Source of the DNA: Candidatus Promineifilaceae bacterium
GTDB taxonomy: Bacteria; Chloroflexota; Anaerolineae; Promineifilales; Promineifilaceae
Assembly (NCBI GenBank): GCA_965223395.1
Contig: OZ244996.1
Location: 2,064,876 to 2,128,875, forward strand
DNA length: 64,000 nt
Direction of reading: 5' to 3'
Below, one piece after another: positions 43,003-51,552 of the stretch (position 1 is the first letter of the stretch; the number at the start of each line of letters is the position of its first letter). The notes under the pieces are model-generated. The model was not told where the DNA came from. It did not search any database and saw only the letters and a list, made by a program, of their open reading frames with translations. The translations under genes were made by a program, and so were the position numbers.

Positions 43003-45363
43003 ATGAGTACCAAAAGCTTCGGACAACGCATTAAACGAAACGAAGACCCCCGTCTGCTGATGGGGCAAGCCCTCTTTGTGGATGATATTCAACTGCCAAA
43101 GATGGTACACCTCGCCTTCGTCCGCTCCCCTTATGCCCACGCCCGCCTGCTGAGCATTGACATCAGCGAGGCGGAACAAATGCCCGGCGTGGTCGCCATT
43201 TACACCGCCGAAACGCTTGGCGATTATTGGCAAAAAGGTCCCCTTCTCGTCCCGCCGCCCCCCATCGAAGGGATGGCGTTTAACGAGCGCACCCAAGTCC
43301 CTTTGGCAAAAGATAAGGTGCGGTATGTGGGCGAACCGGTGGCGGTGGTGGCGGCAGAAAGCAGATATTTGGCGGAGGATAGCGCCGGCATGGTGTGGGC
43401 AGATTACGAACCATTAGAGCCAGTGGTTACGATGGATCAAGCGATTTCCGCCGATGCGCCAACCGTACACGACGACGTGCCACTGGTTGAGGGGAAACTG
43501 AACAACATCAACGCCCATTTGACCCAAGTTAAGGGAGATGGTAGAAAGTTTGATGAGATTGCAGAAAACGCCCACCATCTGGTCAAAAGGCGGTTTTATT
43601 ACGACCATGGGGCGTCGTCGCCAATGGAAACGCGGGGCATTGTAGCAGATTGGGATAAGCGTGCCGGCAAAATGACGATTTGGGACACCACCCAAGCCCC
43701 CGTTTTTATTCGCAACGGCATGGCGGCGTATCTAGGACTATCCGAAAACCAAGTGCGGGTGATCGCCCCCTTTATTGGCGGCGGCTTTGGTCCCAAAATT
43801 ATGATGTTTTACCCTGCCGAAATGCTCACCCCCTGGATTGCCATGCAACTCAATCGCCCTGTCAAATGGATTGAAGATCGTGCCGAGCATTTTGTTGCCA
43901 CCACGCAGGAACGTGACCAAATCCATGAGGCAGAGATGGCTTTAGACGAAAAAGGACGCATTTTAGCTATTCGTGATCGCTTTTTGCACGATGCCGGCGC
44001 TTATGCCCCTTACGGCTTGACAGTGCCCCTCAACAGCCAATGCACCTTACTGGGCTGTTACGACATCCCCCATTACTTCAGCCAATTTAGCTCCCTGTTT
44101 ACCAACAAGCCCATCGTCACCCCCTACCGAGGAGCGGGCAGGCAACATGGGGTGTTTGTGATGGAGCGATTGCTGGATATTGCCGGCAAAGAGCTAGGGA
44201 TTGACAAGACGGAAATGCGACGACGCAACTTTATCCCGCCTGATAAATTTCCCTACCAAAATGAAATCATCTACCAGGATTTTGCCCCGCTCACTTACGA
44301 CAGCGGAAATTACGAACCGGCGTTGGACAAGGCGTTGGAGATGATCAACTACGACCACTTTTACGCTAAAACAAAGCCCGAAGCGGAAAAAGCGGGCAAG
44401 GCGGTCGGGCTAGGCATCGTTTGCTATGTGGAAGGGACGGGGATTGGACCTTATGAAGGAGCGCGGGTGCAGGCGCAAAACAATGGACGGGTCAGCGTAG
44501 CGACAGGCATTGGCACGCAAGGGCAGGGACATTTTACGGTCTTTGCCCAAATTGTGGCGGATCAGTTGGGGGTGGATGTGGCAGATGTGGATGTGGTAAC
44601 GGGGGATACGGATCAATTTCATTGGGGCGCCGGCACTTTTGCCAGCCGAGGGGCGGTGGTTGCCGGCAACGCTATCAACGAGGCGGCAAAAGATGTGCGG
44701 AGTAAAATCTTGAAGCTGGCAAGCGATACGTTAGAAGCAGATGAAGTGGATATTGAGTTGGCTGAGGGGACAGCACGGGTTAAAGGGTCACCCGATTCTG
44801 CCATCACATTGGGGCAGTTGGCGCAAATGGCAAACCCGATGCGGGGGGCGGTCAAGCCGGGCACAGAGCCAGGGCTAGAATCGAGCAACTATTTTGGTCC
44901 TGAGTATGGGGCAACGGCAAGCGGCGTTCACGCCATGATCATCGAGATTGATCGGGAGACGATGTTGCTGGAGATTAAAAAGTATGTCGTCGTGCATGAT
45001 TGTGGGGCGGTGATCAACCCGCTCATTTTGGATGGGCAAATTCATGGCGGGGTGGCGCAAGGCATTGGCAATGCCTTTTATGAAAAGCTGGCGTTTGATG
45101 AAAATGGGCAGTTGTTGACTGGCTCGTTTATGGATTATTTGTTGCCGACGGCGTTGGATGTACCGGGGATGGAGATTGACCATATCACCACCGAATCGCC
45201 GTTAAATCCGTTGGGCATCAAAGGGGCGGGGGAAGCGGGGGCGATTCCGGTGGCGCCGTTGTTTGCTCAGGCGATAGAGGATGCGTTGGGAATGCCGGCA
45301 CTCGAAATTCTGGAAATGCCGCTTAGCCCCAGCCGTCTGTGGGAGTTGGCTGAAGAGGTGTAG
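43003..45363 (+). CDS. Xanthine dehydrogenase/CO dehydrogenase family molybdopterin-binding large subunit (form II CoxL-like)
   Basis: N-terminus RIKRNEDPRLLMGQALFVDD; form-II active-site loop PYRGAGR; 786 aa; no CoxM/CoxS-like genes adjacent. Confidence 0.8.
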   Translation: MSTKSFGQRIKRNEDPRLLMGQALFVDDIQLPKMVHLAFVRSPYAHARLLSIDISEAEQMPGVVAIYTAETLGDYWQKGPLLVPPPPIEGMAFNERTQVPLAKDKVRYVGEPVAVVAAESRYLAEDSAGMVWADYEPLEPVVTMDQAISADAPTVHDDVPLVEGKLNNINAHLTQVKGDGRKFDEIAENAHHLVKRRFYYDHGASSPMETRGIVADWDKRAGKMTIWDTTQAPVFIRNGMAAYLGLSENQVRVIAPFIGGGFGPKIMMFYPAEMLTPWIAMQLNRPVKWIEDRAEHFVATTQERDQIHEAEMALDEKGRILAIRDRFLHDAGAYAPYGLTVPLNSQCTLLGCYDIPHYFSQFSSLFTNKPIVTPYRGAGRQHGVFVMERLLDIAGKELGIDKTEMRRRNFIPPDKFPYQNEIIYQDFAPLTYDSGNYEPALDKALEMINYDHFYAKTKPEAEKAGKAVGLGIVCYVEGTGIGPYEGARVQAQNNGRVSVATGIGTQGQGHFTVFAQIVADQLGVDVADVDVVTGDTDQFHWGAGTFASRGAVVAGNAINEAAKDVRSKILKLASDTLEADEVDIELAEGTARVKGSPDSAITLGQLAQMANPMRGAVKPGTEPGLESSNYFGPEYGATASGVHAMIIEIDRETMLLEIKKYVVVHDCGAVINPLILDGQIHGGVAQGIGNAFYEKLAFDENGQLLTGSFMDYLLPTALDVPGMEIDHITTESPLNPLGIKGAGEAGAIPVAPLFAQAIEDALGMPALEILEMPLSPSRLWELAEEV

Positions 45364-45416
45364 TGGGATGAAATGCAATTAGGAAAAATATTGACAAACA
45401 TCTGCCATGACGATAG

Positions 45417-45554
45417 CAAAAGATACCAAGATGTATGCCTATGATGCCTACATCTTGGATTGTGCGTTGAGACATGTAGCTCCCTTATTGACGTTAGACA
45501 GAAAACTTGCTGTTGTTGCACAAAGGCTCGGAATTGAGGTTTTAGAGGTATAAA
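45417..45554 (+). pseudogene. Remnant C-terminal fragment of PIN-domain (VapC-like) toxin
   Basis: 46-codon ORF ending DAYILDCALRHVAPLLTLDRKLAVVAQRLGIEVLEV, matches PIN-domain C-terminal conserved region; N-terminal approx 90 aa missing. Confidence 0.5.
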
Positions 45555-45555
45555 T

Positions 45556-45774
45556 ATGCACGTTTACACATATTCAGAAGCCCGACAAAAGTTGGCTCTT
45601 GTACTTGAGCAAGCTGAATCAACAGGTAAAGTTATCATCCGGCGAAAGGATGGACGCACTTATGCCTTAACCCCTGAAAAAGGTATCACATCACCTTTAG
45701 ATGTGCCGACGATTGAAGCAGACATTACCACAGAGGAAATCGTCAAAATTGTTCGTGAAGGACGGGAAAGGTAA
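45556..45774 (+). CDS. Phd/YefM-family type II antitoxin
   Basis: MHVYTYSEARQKLALVLEQAESTGKVIIRRKDGRTYAL matches YefM/Phd N-terminal consensus; 72 aa. Confidence 0.65.
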   Translation: MHVYTYSEARQKLALVLEQAESTGKVIIRRKDGRTYALTPEKGITSPLDVPTIEADITTEEIVKIVREGRER

Positions 45775-45797
45775 AGGGGCGGGTAGAAGCGGGAATG

Positions 45798-45870
45798 CCG
45801 TTGTTTGCTCAGGCGATAGAAGATGCGTTGGGAATGCCGGCATTGGAGATTTTGGAAATACCCCTTAGCC
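45798..45870 (+). repeat. About 73-bp direct duplicate of the coxL-like 3' end (copy 1 at 45256-45328)
   Basis: ccgttgtttgctcaggcgatagaRgatgcgttgggaatgccggcaYtSgaRattYtggaaatRccSctt shared, approx 90% identity. Confidence 0.8.
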
Positions 45871-45971
45871 TCATGCGTACCCAAGATAGTTACAGGATCG
45901 AAATAATGTCAATCTTTGACCATTTTCCCAAAAATAATACGACATCTATATAGCATGAATAGGGGTTTTTC

Positions 45972-46733
45972 TTGACTGATTCTACCACTTTAGAAAAAGC
46001 AAAATTATACGAAAAATACCGTCTTCCGTATGCAAATGCAGTTGCAGACGATCTCCTGAATAGGATCGGCAAATGTGAGGTTATTGCCGATATTGGAGCA
46101 GGAACAGGTCAACTGACGCGGCTATTTGCAAATAAATGCAAGAAAATCTACCTTGTTGAACCAAGCCTTGCTATGCGAACAGTTGCCTCTTTCTCTTGTG
46201 GCAAATTCAAGACAGTCGAAATTTGTGCAAACTCTGCGGAACAAATAGCTGTAGCAGAGAATAGCATCGATCTTATCGTCATAGGAAATGCCTTTCACAG
46301 ATTTAGACCGGAAGCTACTAAAGAACTTCGTCGTATCTTAAAAAAGCATGGTTGGGTTGCACTGTTTTCATACAAATTTAAAAATCAAGCCTTTACACAA
46401 ATGCTCTTTTCAAAACTTGCTACATTACGTAGCTTATCAGGAAAAATTGACAAGGCTTGGCACAAGACGCCTATTCAAGAATTATTTGGCGGATGTCAAA
46501 CCCAAACAGTAAGTTATCCTCAATCACATGAACAAGATTGGACAGCTTTTTTCGGCGCAGCGTGTTCAGGTATTGAAGCTCCAGAACGTACAGACCGAGA
46601 ATTTGCCCAATTTGAGCGAATCAATCGTGAAGTATTTGATAAATTTGCGGTAAATGGAATATTTCAGATCGATTTCGAGACTCATGTATTATTCGGACGA
46701 CTATTTTGTTTGGGCGCCAATGAGATTTCGTAA
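45972..46733 (+). CDS. Class I SAM-dependent methyltransferase (AT-rich, likely horizontally acquired)
   Basis: VIADIGAGTGQLT motif I; GC clearly lower than flanks; TTG start; no TGCCGGCA palindromes. Confidence 0.65.
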   Translation: MTDSTTLEKAKLYEKYRLPYANAVADDLLNRIGKCEVIADIGAGTGQLTRLFANKCKKIYLVEPSLAMRTVASFSCGKFKTVEICANSAEQIAVAENSIDLIVIGNAFHRFRPEATKELRRILKKHGWVALFSYKFKNQAFTQMLFSKLATLRSLSGKIDKAWHKTPIQELFGGCQTQTVSYPQSHEQDWTAFFGAACSGIEAPERTDREFAQFERINREVFDKFAVNGIFQIDFETHVLFGRLFCLGANEIS

Positions 46734-46806
46734 GTGATGATGCTGGGACATTTCCAGTGGCGCTGCTGTTTTCTAATGTTATTGAAGCGTCAAGATTGAC
46801 ATCGCC

Positions 46807-48060
46807 ATGATTAACTTTGACAAAAGAAGCGCAAAAGGCGGGGGAATCAAACTTAATCTGCTCATTGCCGGCATCGCCACCCTGGTTACCCTATACGCCA
46901 TCGAGGCCTTCCTCTTTTTCAACGGCAACCCGCTTGATTATCGCAGCCCCCACTTCATCGCCGCCCGGCAGCAAGGCGTCGATTTCGACCGACGCACCCC
47001 GCTACAACTCGTCTCCGACTTACGCGATAGCGGGGAAGCGGTGTACCCATTCGTTTCGCCCAGCGCCTTCCTCGACTTTTTGCCCCACATTGACGGGCGA
47101 GACACCTACGCCCTGACCAGCGTCGCCGACGTCCGCACCGTGTACTGTAACGAGAGCGGCGATTACATTTTGTATGAGAGTGACCGATATGGTTTGCACA
47201 ATCCCGACCAGGTGTGGGATGTTTCGCCAGCAGATATTCTTGCCCTGGGCGACTCATTCACGCAAGGGGCTTGCGTTTCGTCAGACAAAAACATAGTCGC
47301 TTTGCTGCGCAGCCGTTATCCTAACACAATCAATTTGGGGGCAAACGGCAATGGTCCATTAAGCGCGTTGGCAGGGCTGATGGAGTATGGCGCGGTTTAT
47401 CAACCCAAAAAGGTATTGTGGTTTTACTTCGAAGCCAACGATCTGGGCGATTTGCTGATAGAGCGAGACAATCCGATTTTGGCTCGCTATTTGAGTGGAG
47501 ATTTCAGCCAAAATTTGATCGCCAGACAAGACAGCATCGACGCCCACCGCCGCGACTATGTGGAGGCGTTGTTGACAGATGTTCAACAAGGGCGACGGCA
47601 GCAGGCGTGGGCAACGTTGCGTTTGTACAATTTGCGACGGCTGTTGGGCTGGACGCGAGAAGATGAGGCAGAAGATGCCGGCATCCCCCACCCCATTGCA
47701 AACGCCGCCCTGCCTCCCTACCAACCTGAACCCGATTTGCTCTATGACGAAGCTGCCCCGCTGCTCAAAGAGATATTGTTAACCGCCCAAACGCTGACCG
47801 AATCGTGGGGAGGCGAGCTGATATTCATCTATTTGCCAGATTATCAGCGGTATGCCAAAGATGGGGCGGAAGATCGTCTGTATCGGGGAATTACCATGCA
47901 AAAGTTGGGTGAAACGACCATCCCTATAATTGATATCCATCCCGCATTTGCCGCCCATCCTGACCCTGTTTCGCTATTTCCGTACGGGCTGGAAGGGCAT
48001 TACACCGCAGAGGGATATGCTCTAGCGGCAAAAACGATTCTCGAACGACTTAACCCTTAA
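46807..48060 (+). CDS. Membrane-anchored SGNH/GDSL-hydrolase-like protein (AlgX/AlgJ-like)
   Basis: N-terminal TM; ILALGDSFTQG block I GDS motif. Confidence 0.55.
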   Translation: MINFDKRSAKGGGIKLNLLIAGIATLVTLYAIEAFLFFNGNPLDYRSPHFIAARQQGVDFDRRTPLQLVSDLRDSGEAVYPFVSPSAFLDFLPHIDGRDTYALTSVADVRTVYCNESGDYILYESDRYGLHNPDQVWDVSPADILALGDSFTQGACVSSDKNIVALLRSRYPNTINLGANGNGPLSALAGLMEYGAVYQPKKVLWFYFEANDLGDLLIERDNPILARYLSGDFSQNLIARQDSIDAHRRDYVEALLTDVQQGRRQQAWATLRLYNLRRLLGWTREDEAEDAGIPHPIANAALPPYQPEPDLLYDEAAPLLKEILLTAQTLTESWGGELIFIYLPDYQRYAKDGAEDRLYRGITMQKLGETTIPIIDIHPAFAAHPDPVSLFPYGLEGHYTAEGYALAAKTILERLNP

Positions 48061-48758
48061 GCCGGGCGGCGTTTGGTTCGACGCTTTGCTGGCTTGCCGA
48101 TAAGTTTGGCGATTGCCGGCAATTGCTCCCCCTGCCTCATCGGTGCAGCCACTTTGTTTAACGGCACAGTCGGGGCGGGTTGCGCCATCAACGCCGCCAA
48201 CCGCTCTTCCAATGCCCCTAATCCTGTCTCGCGTACCTGTAACGGCAAACCCAGATAATCCGCCGCTTCTTGGGCTTGCGCCAACAATTGTGGCGTGGGA
48301 TTTTGCGCCAAATACAACGCCCTTTTGTAATGTTTGAAATAGATTTCCTTTAGCTCAGGATGGCGGTCCAACCCCATGCCGCGCATAATCGTCCCTTTAA
48401 AGCCCCGTACCAAATAATCGGTCAGAAAAAAAGTGCCCGGCTCCTCCGCCATCCACTTCTGAAAATCCTCCCCGCCATACATTTCGTAGCAATGGGGTCC
48501 CGCCACCCGCTCTACCCCATGATGCGCCAACAACCCATCCAACTTACCGCCCGTCCCGCAATCGCCAAACAAGACAATCAGCCGCTCGAACTCATTTCGC
48601 AACTCAAGAATGCGCTTTTCTACATCGGGGGGAATGCGATCAACCAGCACATGGTTTAATGCCGGCACAGCTTTAACCTCTGCCTGCCAACCATGCCGTT
48701 GAATCATCTCCAACGTCTCTCGACCCAACGCCCCGCAAATGATAAAAGCCGTCTTCAT
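48057..48758 (-). CDS. DUF1638 domain protein (accessory to corrinoid methyltransferase systems)
   Basis: 233 aa; family typically adjacent to pterin-binding/corrinoid proteins; last gene of minus-strand operon. Confidence 0.5.
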   Translation of the reverse strand: MKTAFIICGALGRETLEMIQRHGWQAEVKAVPALNHVLVDRIPPDVEKRILELRNEFERLIVLFGDCGTGGKLDGLLAHHGVERVAGPHCYEMYGGEDFQKWMAEEPGTFFLTDYLVRGFKGTIMRGMGLDRHPELKEIYFKHYKRALYLAQNPTPQLLAQAQEAADYLGLPLQVRETGLGALEERLAALMAQPAPTVPLNKVAAPMRQGEQLPAIAKLIGKPAKRRTKRRPA

Positions 48759-48770
48759 ACTGCGGCTACA

Positions 48771-49667
48771 TCATCCTCGCCGCCGGCGCCGTTCGCGCCG
48801 TTTTTCCCCTGAGGGGGCAGGCTGACGGTTGGCTTGGATCCAGGCGATACAATTTTCATCGTTGCCCATCATCACATCCGCCGCCATAATCGCCGTTTTA
48901 ATGTGGGATTCAATCGGATTGGTGATAGCGGACGACAAGCCAGCCGCCATCGCCATCGCTAAAAACGTCCCATTCAGCGGACCCCGCTCCGGCAACCCAA
49001 AGGAAACGTTAGACGCCCCACAGCAACAATTGCAACCCAACTCATCTACTACCCGGCGCACAATGGAAAAGACCTGCCTGCCGGCATACCGCATCGCCCC
49101 AATCGGCATTACCAGCGGGTCGATCAACACATCTTGGCGGGGAATGCCATAATCTACCGCCCGTTCTACGATCTTTTTAGCGACGGCAAAGCGCGCGTCG
49201 GGGTCTTCCGAAATGCCCGTTTCGTCGTTGGAGATGGCAATAACGGCGCAATTGTGCTTTTTGACCAGGGGCAGCACCGCTTCCAGCCGCTCTTCTTCGC
49301 CGGTGACAGAGTTGAGCAACGCTTTGCCTTCATACGCCGCTAACCCTTGCTCTAAGGCGGCTACTATCGACGAGTCGATGCTGATCGGCACATCGGTAAC
49401 GGATTGTACGGCGCGGATCGCTTCGGCTAAGATAGCGGGCTCGTCTGCCAATGGAATGCCGGCATTGACATCCAACATATGCGCTCCAGCTTCAACTTGG
49501 GCGATGGCGTCTTTTCTCACCCGATCGTAATTGCCGGCAGCCATCTCTGCCGCCAATAATTTTCGCCCCGTTGGATTTATCCGCTCTCCAATAATGGTAA
49601 AGGGGCGATCCGGGCTGATAATGATGGTTTGCGTTTTGGAACTGATTACGGTTTCAATCTTTTTCAA
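48771..49667 (-). CDS. Pterin-binding methyltransferase (methyl-THF:corrinoid methyltransferase, MetH pterin-domain/AcsE-like)
   Basis: FTIIGERINPTG, DVNAG, and ISIDSS motifs of DHPS-like pterin-binding barrel. Confidence 0.8.
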   Translation of the reverse strand: MKKIETVISSKTQTIIISPDRPFTIIGERINPTGRKLLAAEMAAGNYDRVRKDAIAQVEAGAHMLDVNAGIPLADEPAILAEAIRAVQSVTDVPISIDSSIVAALEQGLAAYEGKALLNSVTGEEERLEAVLPLVKKHNCAVIAISNDETGISEDPDARFAVAKKIVERAVDYGIPRQDVLIDPLVMPIGAMRYAGRQVFSIVRRVVDELGCNCCCGASNVSFGLPERGPLNGTFLAMAMAAGLSSAITNPIESHIKTAIMAADVMMGNDENCIAWIQANRQPAPSGEKRRERRRRRG

Positions 49668-49697
49668 CGTTTATCTCCGCGTTCGCGCTTTAACCAG

Positions 49698-50672
49698 TTA
49701 ACCCCTTCTGCGGCGCCTGGTTCGCCGTTTGGCTTGTCCATTGGTCGAGAATTGTCGCCCTTGCGCCACGATCTCTTCCGCCAAAACCGGTTGTTGTAAC
49801 GCTCTTGCCATAGCGGCAATATGCGCCGGCGTATTGCCGCAGCAGCCGCCAATCAGCCGCGCCCCCAACTTCCGCAGCCGCTGGGCGTACATCCCCATCA
49901 CTTCTGGCGTGCCATTATATTGTAATTGATTGTCTATCCATTCGGGAATGCCGGCATTCGCCTTAGCGATCAGCGGTTGGTTAGGGTCGATCTGGCGCAT
50001 GGCATGAACTACCGCTTCGATCTCATCCACCCCATTGCCGCAGTTTGCGCCAAACGCCAACAAGTTCCAACTCGACATCGTTTCAAACGCTTGTTGAGGC
50101 GTCACCCCCATCATGGTACGCCCTTTGGTATCAAAGGACAGGGTGACGCACAGCGGCTTATCGCTGACGCGGCGCGCCCCCTCCACCGCCGCTTTCGCCT
50201 CGTTGAGGTCGCTCATCGTCTCCACCCAAAAGAGATCGACGCCGCCCGCTTCCAACCCCGTCGCTTGTTCGGCAAAGGCGTCAACCGCCGCCTCATAACT
50301 CATCTCGCCCATCGGCTGCAACAGCTCGCCCGATGGTCCTAATGAGCCAGCTACAACAACCAAATGGGGGGCATCGTCTGCCGCTGCCCGGGCATGTTCC
50401 GCTGCCAAGCGGTTCAGTTCCACCACCCGATCTTGTAAATTATGCAATTTGAGGCGATAACTAGTTCCGCCAAAACTGTTGGTCAATATCAGCCGAGAAC
50501 CAGCCTCGATATACGCCTGGTGCATCCCTTTGATCGTTTCGGGTCGGCTATAATTCCATTCTTCGGGCGGGGCGCCATCGCTTAACCCCTGATCAAACAA
50601 ATAGGTGCCGGTAGCCCCATCGAGCAAAATGATTTCTTGATTGCCTAATAGTTGTTGTAAGGGATTGGTCAT
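49698..50672 (-). CDS. Homocysteine S-methyltransferase domain protein (MetH Hcy-binding module)
   Basis: ILLDGATGT N-terminus; zinc ligands incl. GGCCGNTPAHI; ATG 50672 with AAGGAG upstream. Confidence 0.8.
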   Translation of the reverse strand: MTNPLQQLLGNQEIILLDGATGTYLFDQGLSDGAPPEEWNYSRPETIKGMHQAYIEAGSRLILTNSFGGTSYRLKLHNLQDRVVELNRLAAEHARAAADDAPHLVVVAGSLGPSGELLQPMGEMSYEAAVDAFAEQATGLEAGGVDLFWVETMSDLNEAKAAVEGARRVSDKPLCVTLSFDTKGRTMMGVTPQQAFETMSSWNLLAFGANCGNGVDEIEAVVHAMRQIDPNQPLIAKANAGIPEWIDNQLQYNGTPEVMGMYAQRLRKLGARLIGGCCGNTPAHIAAMARALQQPVLAEEIVAQGRQFSTNGQAKRRTRRRRRG

Positions 50673-50713
50673 TACTCGTTCATTCTCCTTGAGCAAGCGG
50701 GCAACTTTGTAGA

Positions 50714-51436
50714 TTACTTGCTATCTGCAACTTGCAGACCTGTCACTCTTTCCTGGCGGATTTTCATCAACTTTTTGGCGGTATCTACCGCCACAGCAGC
50801 GTCGCGGCAATAGGCGTCAGCTTCAATATCTTCGGCAAACGCTTCATTTAGCGGGGCGCCGCCAACCAGCACGATGATGTCATCTCGAATGCCGGCATCT
50901 TTGAGTTCATTCACCACTACGCGCATGTAGGGCATCGTCGTCGTCAATAAGGCGCTCATCCCCACGATATCGGGATTGTGTTCTTTGATAGCGTCCATAA
51001 AGGATTCGACATCGTTGTTGATGCCGATGTTGAACACCTCAAAGCCGGCTCCTTCCATCATCATCGCCACCAAATTTTTGCCGATGTCATGAATATCTCC
51101 CTTTACCGTGCCAATGACCATTGAGCCCACTTTGGGCGCGCCGGTTTCCGCCAACAGGGGGCGCAATAGCCCCATCCCCGCTTTCATCGCTTTTGCCGCC
51201 ATCAACACCTCTGGCACGAACAAAATGCCATCTCGAAAATCATCCCCAACGATTTTCATGCCGGCAACCAACCCCTTGGTCAACACATCATATGGGGTCA
51301 TCCCCCGATCCAATACCTCTTGCACTTCTTCGACGACCTCATCGGCATAGCCATCATATAAATCCTCCCCCATCAATTCCAACAATTCATCCAAATTCAG
51401 TTCAGAAAGAACGATCTCTTGCTGCTCGTCACTCAC
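50714..51436 (-). CDS. Cobalamin-binding corrinoid protein (B12-binding cap + Rossmann)
   Basis: DIHDIGKNLV (DxHxxG) and SALLTTTM motifs. Confidence 0.85.
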   Translation of the reverse strand: MSDEQQEIVLSELNLDELLELMGEDLYDGYADEVVEEVQEVLDRGMTPYDVLTKGLVAGMKIVGDDFRDGILFVPEVLMAAKAMKAGMGLLRPLLAETGAPKVGSMVIGTVKGDIHDIGKNLVAMMMEGAGFEVFNIGINNDVESFMDAIKEHNPDIVGMSALLTTTMPYMRVVVNELKDAGIRDDIIVLVGGAPLNEAFAEDIEADAYCRDAAVAVDTAKKLMKIRQERVTGLQVADSK

Positions 51437-51552
51437 ACTCGCCTCCGAAAAGGGTTTAAAAATATCCGTTCCATTGTAGCGCTAAATTAAAAACTAGCTT
51501 GGATTCTCGGTAAAATTTGGGCGGAATTCCCGCAGCCAACCAATTGCAACGA

